The notes under the pieces were generated by a model. It did not search any database, was not told where the DNA came from, and saw only the letters and a list, made by a program, of their open reading frames with translations. Shown piece after piece: positions 9,851-20,158 of a stretch of DNA of 64,000 nucleotides. Both the position numbers and the translations under genes were made by a program. The DNA comes from an uncultured Mycoplasmatota bacterium (lineage in GTDB: Bacteria; Bacillota_I; Bacilli_A; RF39; UBA660): positions 65,762 to 129,761 of the forward strand of contig URHW01000001.1 of assembly GCA_900547775.1 (NCBI GenBank), written 5' to 3'. How positions within the stretch are numbered: the stretch's first letter is position 1; every line of letters begins with the position of its first letter.

Positions 9851-10418
9851 ATTCCTTTATTAGTTTAATTACTTTTTGTTCTAGTAATTTTGTTTCTTTT
9901 TCGATGTCGTTAGTTTCAGGAAAATAAGCATCCCCAAATTTAATCTTTAATTTTCCTCTTTTATATTTTCCATTAATAGCAAATGGCAAGATTTTACAGT
10001 TATTTTCTAAAGACATTCTGACTGCACCTTTTTTAAATGGCATAATTATGTCATCTGTACGATTGATGGTGCCTTCAGGAAATATACCAACCATTCCACC
10101 TTCACTTAAAACTTTATTTACGGCAGGCATTACAGTAGCGTCGTGAATTTTTCTATTGACAGGGATGATGCCCGACATTCTAAACAAGAAACCAAATGGT
10201 GGTTTTAGAAGTTCTCTTTTTGCAACAAATCTAATATCTCTTCTAGTGCAGCATCCTGCTAGTAAGCAACAATCTTTCATGTTTGTATGGGTCCCAGCAA
10301 TAATAATCTTTCCCTCTTTAGGAATACTTTCTTTATTAATAATCACAGGTTTATAAATCAACTTCATATACACACCAACTATAGGTGCACATATACGGTA
10401 CAATAACGTATCAAACAT
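9843..10418 (-). CDS. Second PlsC-type acyltransferase
   Basis: HxxxxD (HTNMKD) and FPEGTINR motifs. Overlaps the ligase gene by 8 nt. Confidence 0.65.
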   Translation of the reverse strand: MFDTLLYRICAPIVGVYMKLIYKPVIINKESIPKEGKIIIAGTHTNMKDCCLLAGCCTRRDIRFVAKRELLKPPFGFLFRMSGIIPVNRKIHDATVMPAVNKVLSEGGMVGIFPEGTINRTDDIIMPFKKGAVRMSLENNCKILPFAINGKYKRGKLKIKFGDAYFPETNDIEKETKLLEQKVIKLIKECE

Positions 10419-10497
10419 ATTCTTACCATCTTTCCAAAATATATTTTAACATATCTTATAGCAAAAAAAAAGTAAACTACTTTATTTTGTAGTTTAA

Positions 10498-11208
10498 TTA
10501 GCTTGCAGCAAGCATTATCAAAACAATAGTAATTGTTATAAGTAAAATTATGGTGTTTATTATTGCTGCAACAAATAAGTTTTTAAAACTGTTCTTTTTA
10601 GCCTTTTCTTTATTAGTAATTGCTTCTTCATCTAGATAAGATTTTATAAATGGACTTACAATTATTCCTCTCTTTTCAAGGCTTGCAAAATAAGCATATT
10701 TATTTTGGATATCTATTTCCTTAGCAATTTTTATTTCACTAATACTATTTTCTTTAGAAAGTGCGTTGTATTTGTGATAGATTTCAATTACTTTTTGCAT
10801 ATTTTCTTCTTCGTTAAATGGTATTTTCTTGCTTTCGGTTTTTATTATAGTCCATGCTCCTGTAATTGTGAAAATTAATGAATAGAGGTAATCACTTGTT
10901 AGACTAGTCATGAATTTGGGACTGTTAAGTAATGATTTTAGTTTTATATCTTGAGTTATGCTTATTAAGTATGGGAATAATATAAAAGAAATTATTGTTG
11001 TTGAAATTAGCGCAGTAATCCAAATGATATATTTTTTATTTATAATGTCTTGCCCACTTGATTTTTTATAAAATAATGTAGCACCATACGGTACAAGCAT
11101 AAAGAAAACACTAGAAAGATAACCAATCATATAAAGAATAATTGCTGGGATGCTGAAAATAAGAGCACCAACAAATGCACTAATAAAATTTCTAATACTA
11201 CTTTTCAT
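10498..11208 (-). CDS. Polytopic membrane protein, unknown function
   Basis: Several TM helices and a central hydrophilic loop. Overlaps the mscL start. Confidence 0.4.
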   Translation of the reverse strand: MKSSIRNFISAFVGALIFSIPAIILYMIGYLSSVFFMLVPYGATLFYKKSSGQDIINKKYIIWITALISTTIISFILFPYLISITQDIKLKSLLNSPKFMTSLTSDYLYSLIFTITGAWTIIKTESKKIPFNEEENMQKVIEIYHKYNALSKENSISEIKIAKEIDIQNKYAYFASLEKRGIIVSPFIKSYLDEEAITNKEKAKKNSFKNLFVAAIINTIILLITITIVLIMLAAS

Positions 11209-11641
11209 TTTTTAATAAATCTCTAATTTCTTCTAGTAATAATACTTCATCACTTTTTTTAGGTTCTTCCTTTACTTCTTTTTTAGGCTCTTCTTTTTTA
11301 CGGTTTAGTTTATTTATTAGTTTAACAAATGTGAAGATGCAAGCTGCGACAATTAGGAAATCTAAAATGTTTTGAATGAATACTCCATAACTTACTGTGG
11401 CATCTTTAATTTTAAATGTTAGGTTAGTAAAGTCAATTCCACCTATTATGATTCCAATTAAAGGCATAATGATATCATTTACTAGTGATGATACTATTTT
11501 ACTAAAGGCACCACCGATAATAACACCTACTGCTAAGTCAATTACATTACCTTTAGATATAAACTCTTTAAATTCTTTAAATGTTTTATTACTTTTTTCT
11601 TTTATTTCTTTAGTTAATTCTTTATTACTTTTCTTTCCCAT
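11198..11641 (-). CDS. mscL: Large-conductance mechanosensitive channel
   Basis: [26 protein letters not shown] matches the MscL N-terminal signature. Two TM helices and a charged C-terminal helix. The first Met may give a roughly 20-aa N-terminal extension. Confidence 0.8.
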   Translation of the reverse strand: MGKKSNKELTKEIKEKSNKTFKEFKEFISKGNVIDLAVGVIIGGAFSKIVSSLVNDIIMPLIGIIIGGIDFTNLTFKIKDATVSYGVFIQNILDFLIVAACIFTFVKLINKLNRKKEEPKKEVKEEPKKSDEVLLLEEIRDLLKNEK

Positions 11642-11701
11642 ATTACTTCCTTCTTTCTATGGTATTATATCATAAATAAAAAAGAAGAACAATTTATGTT
11701 C

Positions 11702-12187
11702 TTACTCAAATGATACTGATTTTGCCCATGTTTTAAATGTGCTTTCAAATTTTTCTTGATTGCTACTATCACATGCAAAATTAAATAACCAGAAGGCATC
11801 ATTACTTTTATACATTGTAGCGATATAGAAATATGTTTTTCCATTTACATCACTTGTATAAGTAAAGTATGTTAGGCCATCTTCGGTTTTGATTTCGCTA
11901 TCTTTTTGATTGTTAGTAGTTACTGCTTTAGCATAATCTTCGACTGTACTTTCTTTTGTTAAGCCTGCTGCTTCTAATGTGCTGAATTCTTCTTTTAGAC
12001 CAGTTACAATTGCATCCATACTTTCAAAATAAACGGTTGCAGATACTAAATCTTTTTCAGTAAATTCATCTGTTAAGGTTATAGACATACCTTTGTCTTT
12101 AAATGTTTTTTCTTCTGGTTCTAGTAAAGCACAACCAGTAACTGCTACTATAATTAATAATAATACATATAATACTTTTTTCTTCAT
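11702..12187 (-). CDS. Lipoprotein
   Basis: Signal peptide with lipobox LLIIVAVTGC. Confidence 0.45.
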   Translation of the reverse strand: MKKKVLYVLLLIIVAVTGCALLEPEEKTFKDKGMSITLTDEFTEKDLVSATVYFESMDAIVTGLKEEFSTLEAAGLTKESTVEDYAKAVTTNNQKDSEIKTEDGLTYFTYTSDVNGKTYFYIATMYKSNDAFWLFNFACDSSNQEKFESTFKTWAKSVSFE

Positions 12188-12189
12188 TT

Positions 12190-12975
12190 TTATTCCTCTT
12201 TCATTTTAATTTCGATTGAACCTACTCCGCCATCTATTTTAACTAGTGATGAGCCAGTTCCTACTTTTTCTTCGTCTTTTAAATCTTTACCATCTAAGGA
12301 GATTGAACCAATTCCTTTTGAAATATCTAAGGTGTAATCATTTTGAGAACCAATAAGGTTTAGTTCTAATTTACCAACACCTGTGTCGATTTCATTTTCA
12401 CCTGTAAGAATACTGGTAATGGTTGTTTTACCAATACCTAAGTCCATATCTAAGTTATAGATACTACCGTCACTTATAACTACATTACCTGCTCCACCAT
12501 CAATGTCACAGTTTTTAGTTACTACTAAGTTGTTTATTTGAACGCTTCCTGCACCTATATCTAGGCTAAAGTTTTCGGCTTTAAGATTTTCAATATTTAT
12601 TTTGCCAGCACCTGTATCAATTATGGCATCATTTAAAATCATATCTCTAGGGATAGTAATTATTACTTCACTTTTTTTACTTCTAAAGTGTCCTTTTTCT
12701 TTAATAATAATTTTATTAGTGTCTTTTTCAGCAGTAATTTCTTTATTATTTATAATGTAATCAAAAGTATCTCCTTCTTTAATAGTTAAACTACTAGTTG
12801 CTAAATTAACAACTAAGTATGCTTCACTTTGGGGTATTTCGACTTTTTTATCTTTGTATTGAAATCCATCACCAATTAGGCCAATGATGTTTGCTAAGAT
12901 TAGAAATATTTCACAAATTAAATAAACTGCAAATGCAATAGCAGCATATTTGATTATTGTTTGTCCTTTATTCAT
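12190..12975 (-). CDS. DUF4097-like beta-repeat protein (LiaG-like)
   Basis: N-terminal TM, then repeating beta-strand segments (IDTGAGKINI, DIGAGSVQI, IDGGAGNVVI, DLGIGKTTI, IDTGVGKLEL). Confidence 0.5.
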   Translation of the reverse strand: MNKGQTIIKYAAIAFAVYLICEIFLILANIIGLIGDGFQYKDKKVEIPQSEAYLVVNLATSSLTIKEGDTFDYIINNKEITAEKDTNKIIIKEKGHFRSKKSEVIITIPRDMILNDAIIDTGAGKINIENLKAENFSLDIGAGSVQINNLVVTKNCDIDGGAGNVVISDGSIYNLDMDLGIGKTTITSILTGENEIDTGVGKLELNLIGSQNDYTLDISKGIGSISLDGKDLKDEEKVGTGSSLVKIDGGVGSIEIKMKEE

Positions 12976-13634
12976 TTGACTTCAACTCCACCAAATAAGC
13001 ATGTTGCGTTCACATAAATAGTTTTGCCTGGCTTATCCATTTTACTTTTACCATCTACCCCACCAAAGATACTTGTTGAAGTGATTTTAACGTTTACGTC
13101 TTTAGGTACTAGAATAGTTATTCCACCAAAGATTGCACTTGCTTCGATTACAACGTCGTCATTAATGATAGCATTTCTTAAATCACATTTGATACCACCA
13201 AAGACTGCATCTAATTTTGTTCCCGTAAATTCTTCTTTAGATAAGTCTAGATTTTGGCCACTAAATGTAGCATTGTAATTAGTTCCGCCTACGGCTTTTA
13301 CATTTTCAATGTTTTTTGCTTTGATTTTACCTTTAAAGATAAATGATAAACCCGTAACAATTAAAACGCATGGAACAATTAGTTTTAATACGATATCAAA
13401 TTTTAAGACATCTTGACATGATAGTAAGAGAAGTACACCAACAAATAAGCCAATTAATGAGCCAGTTCTATCATCTTCATCAAATAAACCAAGAAAACTT
13501 GGAATAATGATAAATAGTGTCCACCAACCATCAAATAGTAAGTTAACTTTTACTACTCCAGTCGCGTATAAACCAAACCATACACCTACAAGTACTAGGA
13601 TAATACCTAATATAATATTCTTACAATTCTTCAT
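12972..13634 (-). CDS. LiaF-like membrane protein (cell wall-active antibiotic response family)
   Basis: Four N-terminal TM helices plus a C-terminal domain with repeated FGG segments (AVFGGIKCDL, SAIFGGITIL, TSIFGGVDG, TCLFGGVEV). Overlaps the next gene by 4 nt. Confidence 0.5.
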   Translation of the reverse strand: MKNCKNIILGIILVLVGVWFGLYATGVVKVNLLFDGWWTLFIIIPSFLGLFDEDDRTGSLIGLFVGVLLLLSCQDVLKFDIVLKLIVPCVLIVTGLSFIFKGKIKAKNIENVKAVGGTNYNATFSGQNLDLSKEEFTGTKLDAVFGGIKCDLRNAIINDDVVIEASAIFGGITILVPKDVNVKITSTSIFGGVDGKSKMDKPGKTIYVNATCLFGGVEVK

Positions 13635-13746
13635 ACATTTCCTCCTACCATAAGTTTAACATAATCATCTAAAATAGCAATATCTAACGCGAAAAAAGAT
13701 ATGAAATTAATCACATCTTTTATTAAATATAAACATTATTTAGGCC

Positions 13747-14877
13747 TCAGGCAGTTTTATCTGGAGCCCCTGATGTTATTACGTAGTTCTCATTTTCAAT
13801 AATCAATGTTGTTTTTTCTATTAGGTACCTAGCATCAGGAGCTGGAGCAACCCATTGATTTAAAGTATCACTATTGACGTAAACCCAATTATTATTAATT
13901 ACAAATTTATTATCTGGATTATACTCACTATTGATCCACTCTTCCCAAGTCATTCCAATTAGGGCTGTATATGCAGATCCATCAATATTAAAATTTATTG
14001 TATTTTTTGTTTCAAATGATACAGTACACTTCGTATTACCACTTGTTAGGTTAGATACGCTTAGAGACCATTTAGAACCAGTCCAATTTACGGCTGCACC
14101 GATGTCTACTGTTTTATTATCTTGAGTGCATGATACAGAGGCTGAGTAATTTTTAGTTTCTGGGAAAGTACTACTTGCTGTACCATCGATTGTTGTTGCT
14201 ATGAATAAATCGTCTTTTGGTTTTGTTTTTACAGTGCCAACTACTGATATTTTTACTTGATAGTTTTTGCTTTCTACATCTTCACTTGTCCAACTGTCTT
14301 GTAAGTCACCATTAACCCACATTCTATAGTTGAATGTTCTAGACTCATTTTTATATATTCCATCACCTTTTTTAAGGATGTAGTTATTTATTATGTTATA
14401 GCCTGAAAGGCTTTGAGGTGTTGCGATTGTTTCTAGGTTGTTTATTGGTGATGATGTTAGGTCACTGTCACCTAGAAGAGATACTTTTACATACTTTGAA
14501 TCTAAGATATTTGATGTGTTTATCACTGATGCAATTACATAGTATTCAATGTAGTTATCACATTTATTTTTTATAGTAAATGTGTATGGTGTTTGTTCTA
14601 AGGCTTCGCCTTCTGATATTGGGTAAGTATTAAGTAAATTAATTTCATTTTGTCCATTAAATTCTAGATTCATACATGATGCTGCTAGAGTATTAGCATC
14701 TGTTTGACTAGCATAGTTTGTAAATATAGCGTAACTTACACCAGAAAGAAGTACTATTACTAGTAGCATTATACATAAAATTAACATTCTTTTTTTATAT
14801 TTTTGCATACTTGATTGCATACTATATGCACCTCTATTTTCTATTAATATTCTATAATATGTATTAGTTTTAGTCAA
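13747..14877 (-). CDS. Exported or signal-anchored protein, unknown function
   Basis: Hydrophobic N-terminal segment LILCIMLLVIVLLSGVSYA. The true start may be an internal Met. Beta-rich Ser/Thr/Asn-rich body. Confidence 0.4.
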   Translation of the reverse strand: MTKTNTYYRILIENRGAYSMQSSMQKYKKRMLILCIMLLVIVLLSGVSYAIFTNYASQTDANTLAASCMNLEFNGQNEINLLNTYPISEGEALEQTPYTFTIKNKCDNYIEYYVIASVINTSNILDSKYVKVSLLGDSDLTSSPINNLETIATPQSLSGYNIINNYILKKGDGIYKNESRTFNYRMWVNGDLQDSWTSEDVESKNYQVKISVVGTVKTKPKDDLFIATTIDGTASSTFPETKNYSASVSCTQDNKTVDIGAAVNWTGSKWSLSVSNLTSGNTKCTVSFETKNTINFNIDGSAYTALIGMTWEEWINSEYNPDNKFVINNNWVYVNSDTLNQWVAPAPDARYLIEKTTLIIENENYVITSGAPDKTA

Positions 14878-14903
14878 GAAAAAAAGAGTAATTTGCTTAC
14901 TCC

Positions 14904-16541
14904 TTAAACTTCTTGAATTACAGCGATAATCATTGGTTTACATTCTGTTTCAACATAGAAGTATTTGCTTAGTTTTTCTCTTATTTCTGTCTTAATGTTA
15001 TTGTAGTCTACATAACCATTGTTGATGTTTGCTGTTATAACTTCTAAAGATATTCTTTTGATTTCGTCAATCATTTCTTTAGAGTCTTTAACATATATAA
15101 AACCTCTGGTTGTTACTTCTGGACCTACGAGAATAGTTTTATCTTTTTTAGATAATGTTGCACTTACTAGAACAATACCATTTTCAGATAGCATTTCTCT
15201 ATCTTTGATTACTAGGTCACCTACATCGTCTGAACTTGTTCCATCAATTAGAACGTCATCAATAAATATGTGTTCAAAGTTATCTTCTAGTTTTTTATTA
15301 TTGATAACAACAATGTCTCCATTTTGTTTTAGTAAGATATTTTCTTTTTTATAGCCTAAGTCACTTGCTAGATTTGCGGCACCTACCATATAACGATACT
15401 CGCCTTTTACTGGCATAAAGTATTTTGGTTTAAGTAAATTAATCATAAGCATTAAGTCTTCTGAGGAAGCGTGTAGTGATATTCCTTTATCCTTAGGAAT
15501 GCTTATAGTATCAATTCCTTTATATGCTAGTTCATTTTCAATTTTAACGATTATTTTTTCATTTTCGTCATATTTTGGTTCTGCAAAACAGAAAGTATCT
15601 GTTTCTTTTAGATGAATAAATTTATCATTACCATTAACTATTTTTTCAATTGAACTATATGGATGAGCACGATCATCACTTACTAAAAGAATAGCGTTGT
15701 AGTCATCTAGATTTGATAAGTCGCCAATTAGTTTTTCATCTATATTCATGTATTTTTCTTTGATAGCCATGTTTATAATATTTTGAAGTTTTTTACCCAT
15801 TATAATGATTTTGCGATGAGAGTTCTTTGCTGCAGTAAATATTCCTTCAATTGTGTATAAGTGAATTGGTAGTACACTGAAGATTACTCTTCCTTGGGCT
15901 TTATTTATAATATTTTTGAAAAATGAACTCATGTGGTGATTTGGACTTGTGTGACCCTTATTTTCAGAAAATGATGATTCACATAGAAGTGCAAGAACTC
16001 CTTGTTTACCTACATAAGCTATTTTTCCTAAATCCATATAGTAAGAACCCATCATTGATGGATCAATGATAAAGTCGCCAGTATAAACTACTGCACCATC
16101 TTTAGTGTTTAATACGTACATAACAGAATCTGGTACTGAGTGATTTACATTAATAGCAAATACACTTGTTTCTTTATCTATTACTATTTTTTTGTGAGCA
16201 GTAATAAGGTTTAGATTTTTCTCATTAATACCATCAAGTTTCATTTGATTTATAGCGTATTTTGTAGCATATATTTTTATGTCTTTAATATCTTTAATTA
16301 AATCTCTTACTCCACCATAACTTTCTGGATGAGCGTGTGTTATAAAGACACCTACTATACGATTTTTATTTTTTTCTAAATAATCATAGTCTGGAATAAT
16401 GTAATCGATTCCATACATAGTATCATTTGCATATTTTAATCCGGCATCAAAGACAAATATTTTGTCATCTACTTCAACGATATAGGTGTTTTTACCGTTT
16501 TCATTAAGTCCACCCATACCAAAAATTTTTATTTTACTCAT
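14904..16541 (-). CDS. Ribonuclease J family (metallo-beta-lactamase/beta-CASP), possibly J2-like
   Basis: N-terminus KIFGMGGLNENGKNTYIVEVDDKIFVFDAGLKY...GIDYIIPDYDYL...GVFITHAHPESYGG aligns to RNase J. The usual HxHxDH is HAHPES here. Confidence 0.75.
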   Translation of the reverse strand: MSKIKIFGMGGLNENGKNTYIVEVDDKIFVFDAGLKYANDTMYGIDYIIPDYDYLEKNKNRIVGVFITHAHPESYGGVRDLIKDIKDIKIYATKYAINQMKLDGINEKNLNLITAHKKIVIDKETSVFAINVNHSVPDSVMYVLNTKDGAVVYTGDFIIDPSMMGSYYMDLGKIAYVGKQGVLALLCESSFSENKGHTSPNHHMSSFFKNIINKAQGRVIFSVLPIHLYTIEGIFTAAKNSHRKIIIMGKKLQNIINMAIKEKYMNIDEKLIGDLSNLDDYNAILLVSDDRAHPYSSIEKIVNGNDKFIHLKETDTFCFAEPKYDENEKIIVKIENELAYKGIDTISIPKDKGISLHASSEDLMLMINLLKPKYFMPVKGEYRYMVGAANLASDLGYKKENILLKQNGDIVVINNKKLEDNFEHIFIDDVLIDGTSSDDVGDLVIKDREMLSENGIVLVSATLSKKDKTILVGPEVTTRGFIYVKDSKEMIDEIKRISLEVITANINNGYVDYNNIKTEIREKLSKYFYVETECKPMIIAVIQEV

Positions 16542-16619
16542 AATAAATGTTCACTCTTTCTATAAAAAATTACAAGTTTTCTAATTGCTTATTTATTATA
16601 GCAGAGTTTTGGGATTTTA

Positions 16620-17390
16620 TCAAATTTTTTCACTGATTAGGGTACTTAAATAGATTATTTTTAGATCTTGTCTTTCGATTTCCGATATGATTAGTTTAAG
16701 ATTTACTAATTTCATAGTTTTAGGAATATAGATAATACTGCCACTAGATATTTTATTTATTATTTCGTTTACTAGTAGGTCTTCATTAGTTAATAAGACA
16801 ATGTAATGTTCTTTTTTTAAACAGTAATCATAATCATTGTGCATTGTTGTACATATATGTGAATTAATTTTATGTTTTTTTAAAATTGTTTCTAGGGCAT
16901 CATAGTTTTCTTTGTCTTTATAACTATTTAAGTATTCTCTTTCTTTTGTAAAATCGGTATCTAAAGAAGATAGTATGTCGTATTTTATATTATAATTTTC
17001 TAAGTACTCTTCTTTTTCTTTATCTTGTTCTAAGATAAGAGAAACACTTCTTTTTTTAGAGTTACCTTTAATGATTATTTTATCTTTATTGTCTTCTAAG
17101 GATATTTCTGGGGTGATATCATTAAATTTTAAAAAATGTTCATTAAAGGCATTAAAGTCTTCCATTTTAACTAGAGATTTTTTATAATCGATTTCTTTAC
17201 CATTAAGTCCTGGTATAATTGTATTGTTTTCAATGACTGAATTAACTGGAACTGTCTCATACTTTGATGCATTTAGTTTTATTTCTTTCATCAATGGTTT
17301 TTGTTCATCAATGAAGATGAGCACTTTATCAGTTATATAAAATGATAATGCTGATAATGTTAATAATAAGATATACTTTGTTTTTTTCAT
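16620..17390 (-). CDS. Exported protein, unknown function
   Basis: Signal peptide MKKTKYILLLTLSALSFYI. Confidence 0.4.
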   Translation of the reverse strand: MKKTKYILLLTLSALSFYITDKVLIFIDEQKPLMKEIKLNASKYETVPVNSVIENNTIIPGLNGKEIDYKKSLVKMEDFNAFNEHFLKFNDITPEISLEDNKDKIIIKGNSKKRSVSLILEQDKEKEEYLENYNIKYDILSSLDTDFTKEREYLNSYKDKENYDALETILKKHKINSHICTTMHNDYDYCLKKEHYIVLLTNEDLLVNEIINKISSGSIIYIPKTMKLVNLKLIISEIERQDLKIIYLSTLISEKI

Positions 17391-17412
17391 ATGTCACCAA
17401 TAAAGTATATGA

Positions 17413-17763
17413 TTATTCTGATTCAATATTAATTTCTTTTTCTTTGTTTGTTACTAAAAAATTTAATCTATCAACGATTACTTCAGTGATGTATTTCTTT
17501 TCTTTTTTGTCATCTTCGTATGACTCAGTTCTTAATTGTCCACGAACAGCGATTAAGTCTCCCTTATGGCAATATTCGCATGTTCTTTCCGCTATACCAT
17601 CCCATAGTTTACATCTAATAAAGTCAGCTTCATATATTCCATCTGGGTTTTTAAAGTTTCTTTGAACTGCTAAACGAATTGTGAGAACTTTTTTACCAGT
17701 TTCGGTTTTAACTAGTTCTGGTTCGTTAACTAAGCGGCCAATTAGTAGTACTAAATTATGCAT
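17413..17763 (-). CDS. ssb: Single-stranded DNA-binding protein, short form without acidic tail
   Basis: LIGRLVNEPELVKTETGKKVLTIRLAVQR is an OB-fold SSB signature. 116 aa with no C-terminal DDDIPF-type tail. Confidence 0.7.
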   Translation of the reverse strand: MHNLVLLIGRLVNEPELVKTETGKKVLTIRLAVQRNFKNPDGIYEADFIRCKLWDGIAERTCEYCHKGDLIAVRGQLRTESYEDDKKEKKYITEVIVDRLNFLVTNKEKEINIESE

Positions 17764-17916
17764 AATTTCCTCCTTTCAGATGTGTTATAACATATCTTTT
17801 TAGAGGTATGCAAAGCGATAATTTTTAAAAATAGTTAACAGATTTTAAAGGATTGTTCTGACAAAATAAAAAATCTGTGTAAATTTAAATACAGATTTTT
17901 TATTTTATATATCTTT

Positions 17917-19203
17917 TTATATGGTTTTTAATAATCTATTAAGTTCGATAGCATATTCTACTGGTAATTCTTTTTTAAAGTCAGATACAAAGCCCATAAT
18001 AATAAGTTCTTTTGCTTCGTTTTCAGATAGCCCTTTGCTCATTAGATAGAAGAGTTTTTCAGCACTTACTTTTGATACAGTTGCTTCATGCTCAATTGTG
18101 CTTGTATCATTTAATACGATATTTTTAGGGAATGTATCACTTTTACTTTGGTCGTCTAAGATAATTGTATCACATTTAACAAAACTTTCTGAGTTAGTAG
18201 CATTAGCACTTATTTTAACTAATCCACGATAGTTACTTTCTCCACCATTAGATGCAATGCTTTTAGAGATGATTGTACTTTTAGTATTTTTGCCTAAGTG
18301 AATCATTTTTGCTCCAGCGTCTAATTTTTGATTTTCTTTTGCATAAGCGATGCTTATTGATGAAGCACTTGCATAATCGCCTTTTAGAATACATGATGGA
18401 TATTTCATGGTTACTTTGCTACCAATATTTCCATCTATCCACTGCATGAAACCGCCTTCATCTACAATACATCTTTTAGTAACTAGGTTATAGACATCAG
18501 TACTCCAGTTTTGGATTGTGCTATATTTACATTTAGCATTCTTTTTTACATAAATTTCAACTACACCAGCGTGAAGAGAATTTTCGGAGTATGATGCAGC
18601 AGTACATCCTTCAATGTATGAAAGTTCAGCTCCTTCATCAACGATAATGATTGTTCTTTCAAACTGACCCATTGTTATAGTATCTATTCTAAAATAACTT
18701 TGAAGAGGTCTATCTAGTTTAACACCTTTAGGAATGTATATAAATGATCCACCACTCCAAATTGCTCCGTTAAGGGCAGTATATTTATTTTCATCATATT
18801 TTACTAGGTTATTAAAATATTCTTTAAATAGTTCTGGATATTCTTTTAAGGCTTCATCTGTACTTAAAAAGATTACACCGTTTTCTTCTTTCATGTTGTG
18901 ATAGATAACTTCACTTTCAATCTGGTTTGATACCCCACATAGGTATTTATTTTCAGCATCAATTACTCCTAGAGTTTTAAATGTTTGCTTTACTTTTTCT
19001 TCGACGTTGTCCCAGTTGTTAGTTAAATCGCCTATTTTTTTATAATAATTTATTTTGTTTAAATCTAATTCTATTTTTGGGCCAAATGTTGGGTTATCTA
19101 ATTCTTTAAATTTATCAAATGATTTTAATCTAAAGTTTAGCATCCATTTTGGTTCATTTTTTAATTTAGATACTTTTTTAATATATTCTTTTGTTAATTC
19201 CAT
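17917..19203 (-). CDS. sufB: Fe-S cluster assembly protein SufB/SufD family (SufB-like)
   Basis: N-terminal EPKWMLNFRLKSF and core GAKMIHLGKNTKSTIISKSIASNGGESNYRGLVKI are typical SufB. No sufC/D/S/U adjacent. Confidence 0.65.
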   Translation of the reverse strand: MELTKEYIKKVSKLKNEPKWMLNFRLKSFDKFKELDNPTFGPKIELDLNKINYYKKIGDLTNNWDNVEEKVKQTFKTLGVIDAENKYLCGVSNQIESEVIYHNMKEENGVIFLSTDEALKEYPELFKEYFNNLVKYDENKYTALNGAIWSGGSFIYIPKGVKLDRPLQSYFRIDTITMGQFERTIIIVDEGAELSYIEGCTAASYSENSLHAGVVEIYVKKNAKCKYSTIQNWSTDVYNLVTKRCIVDEGGFMQWIDGNIGSKVTMKYPSCILKGDYASASSISIAYAKENQKLDAGAKMIHLGKNTKSTIISKSIASNGGESNYRGLVKISANATNSESFVKCDTIILDDQSKSDTFPKNIVLNDTSTIEHEATVSKVSAEKLFYLMSKGLSENEAKELIIMGFVSDFKKELPVEYAIELNRLLKTI

Positions 19204-19283
19204 ATAAATCGCCAGTCATATTATATCAAATTCTGAAAATCTTTGCAGTATATTTTTAGGTCAAGTAAAGAAAAAAAAGAAAC

Positions 19284-19556
19284 CTATTTGGCTTCTATGA
19301 TAAGTTTGATAGCAGTTTTTTCAGCTCCGTCAATTGTGATGTCAGAAAATGCAGGAATGATGACAAGATTTTTACCGCTTGGCGCGACAAAACCTCTTGC
19401 AATAGCCACTGCTTTAATTGCTTGGTTTAGGCTTCCCGCGCCGATTGTTTGAATTTCTGCTACTCCTTGTTCTCTAAATACATTGGCAATAGCTCCTGCT
19501 ACTTTGCTAGGATTACTTTTGCTTGATACTTTTAAAATTTCCATTTGTGCCTCCAA
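19284..19556 (-). CDS. spoVS: Stage V sporulation protein S
   Basis: Near-complete match to the SpoVS pattern: LKVSSKSNPSKVAGAIANVFREQGVAEIQTIGAGSLNQAIKAVAIARGFVAPSG...IPAF. Confidence 0.8.
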   Translation of the reverse strand: MEAQMEILKVSSKSNPSKVAGAIANVFREQGVAEIQTIGAGSLNQAIKAVAIARGFVAPSGKNLVIIPAFSDITIDGAEKTAIKLIIEAK

Positions 19557-19576
19557 TAAAATTTATGAGGCAAATA

Positions 19577-20158
19577 TTATTTTATGATACCATATTTATA
19601 TTCTTCAGCGGTTGCTAGGTATTCTGGTACTTGTTCTAAGGTGATTATTTTATCAACAAAGTTGTCTATAGATTCTGGGTCAAGGTCTGATACTAAGCAA
19701 AAAACGTTGTTTTTATATTTTGTTTGTCCGGTAAATAGTTCTGACCAGTGGCAATTTACGCACACAATTATGGGAATTAGTTCTAGTTTTCCATTGACAT
19801 TTTTTACTGTAAATGCATTTACTCCATCACTTGGTAAGAAGTTGCCGACAATTGGTAGTAAGTATGTTTTTGGTGATACTCTAACCTTTGTGCCAAAGTT
19901 ATCTACAACGTATTCACTTCCCTTTTCTATTTTAATTTTTTTTCCTAGGAGTTCTTTTGGTGATACTGACATGTCTTCATATTCTTCTTGTAAGTTTTCT
20001 GGTAGGTCAGTTAGTTTATAGAATAGTGTGTTATGATCTAAGCTACGCATTCTAAGAAGAAGTGGCATTACTTCTTTAAATACGCCATTATTATTCATAT
20101 ATATTTTTATTCCAGGAATGTTACCTGTGTATCTTTTACTAATATATTTATCTTCCAT
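19577..20158 (-). CDS. Hypothetical protein
   Basis: 193-aa ORF overlapping the upstream methyltransferase stop. No clear motif. Confidence 0.4.
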   Translation of the reverse strand: MEDKYISKRYTGNIPGIKIYMNNNGVFKEVMPLLLRMRSLDHNTLFYKLTDLPENLQEEYEDMSVSPKELLGKKIKIEKGSEYVVDNFGTKVRVSPKTYLLPIVGNFLPSDGVNAFTVKNVNGKLELIPIIVCVNCHWSELFTGQTKYKNNVFCLVSDLDPESIDNFVDKIITLEQVPEYLATAEEYKYGIIK

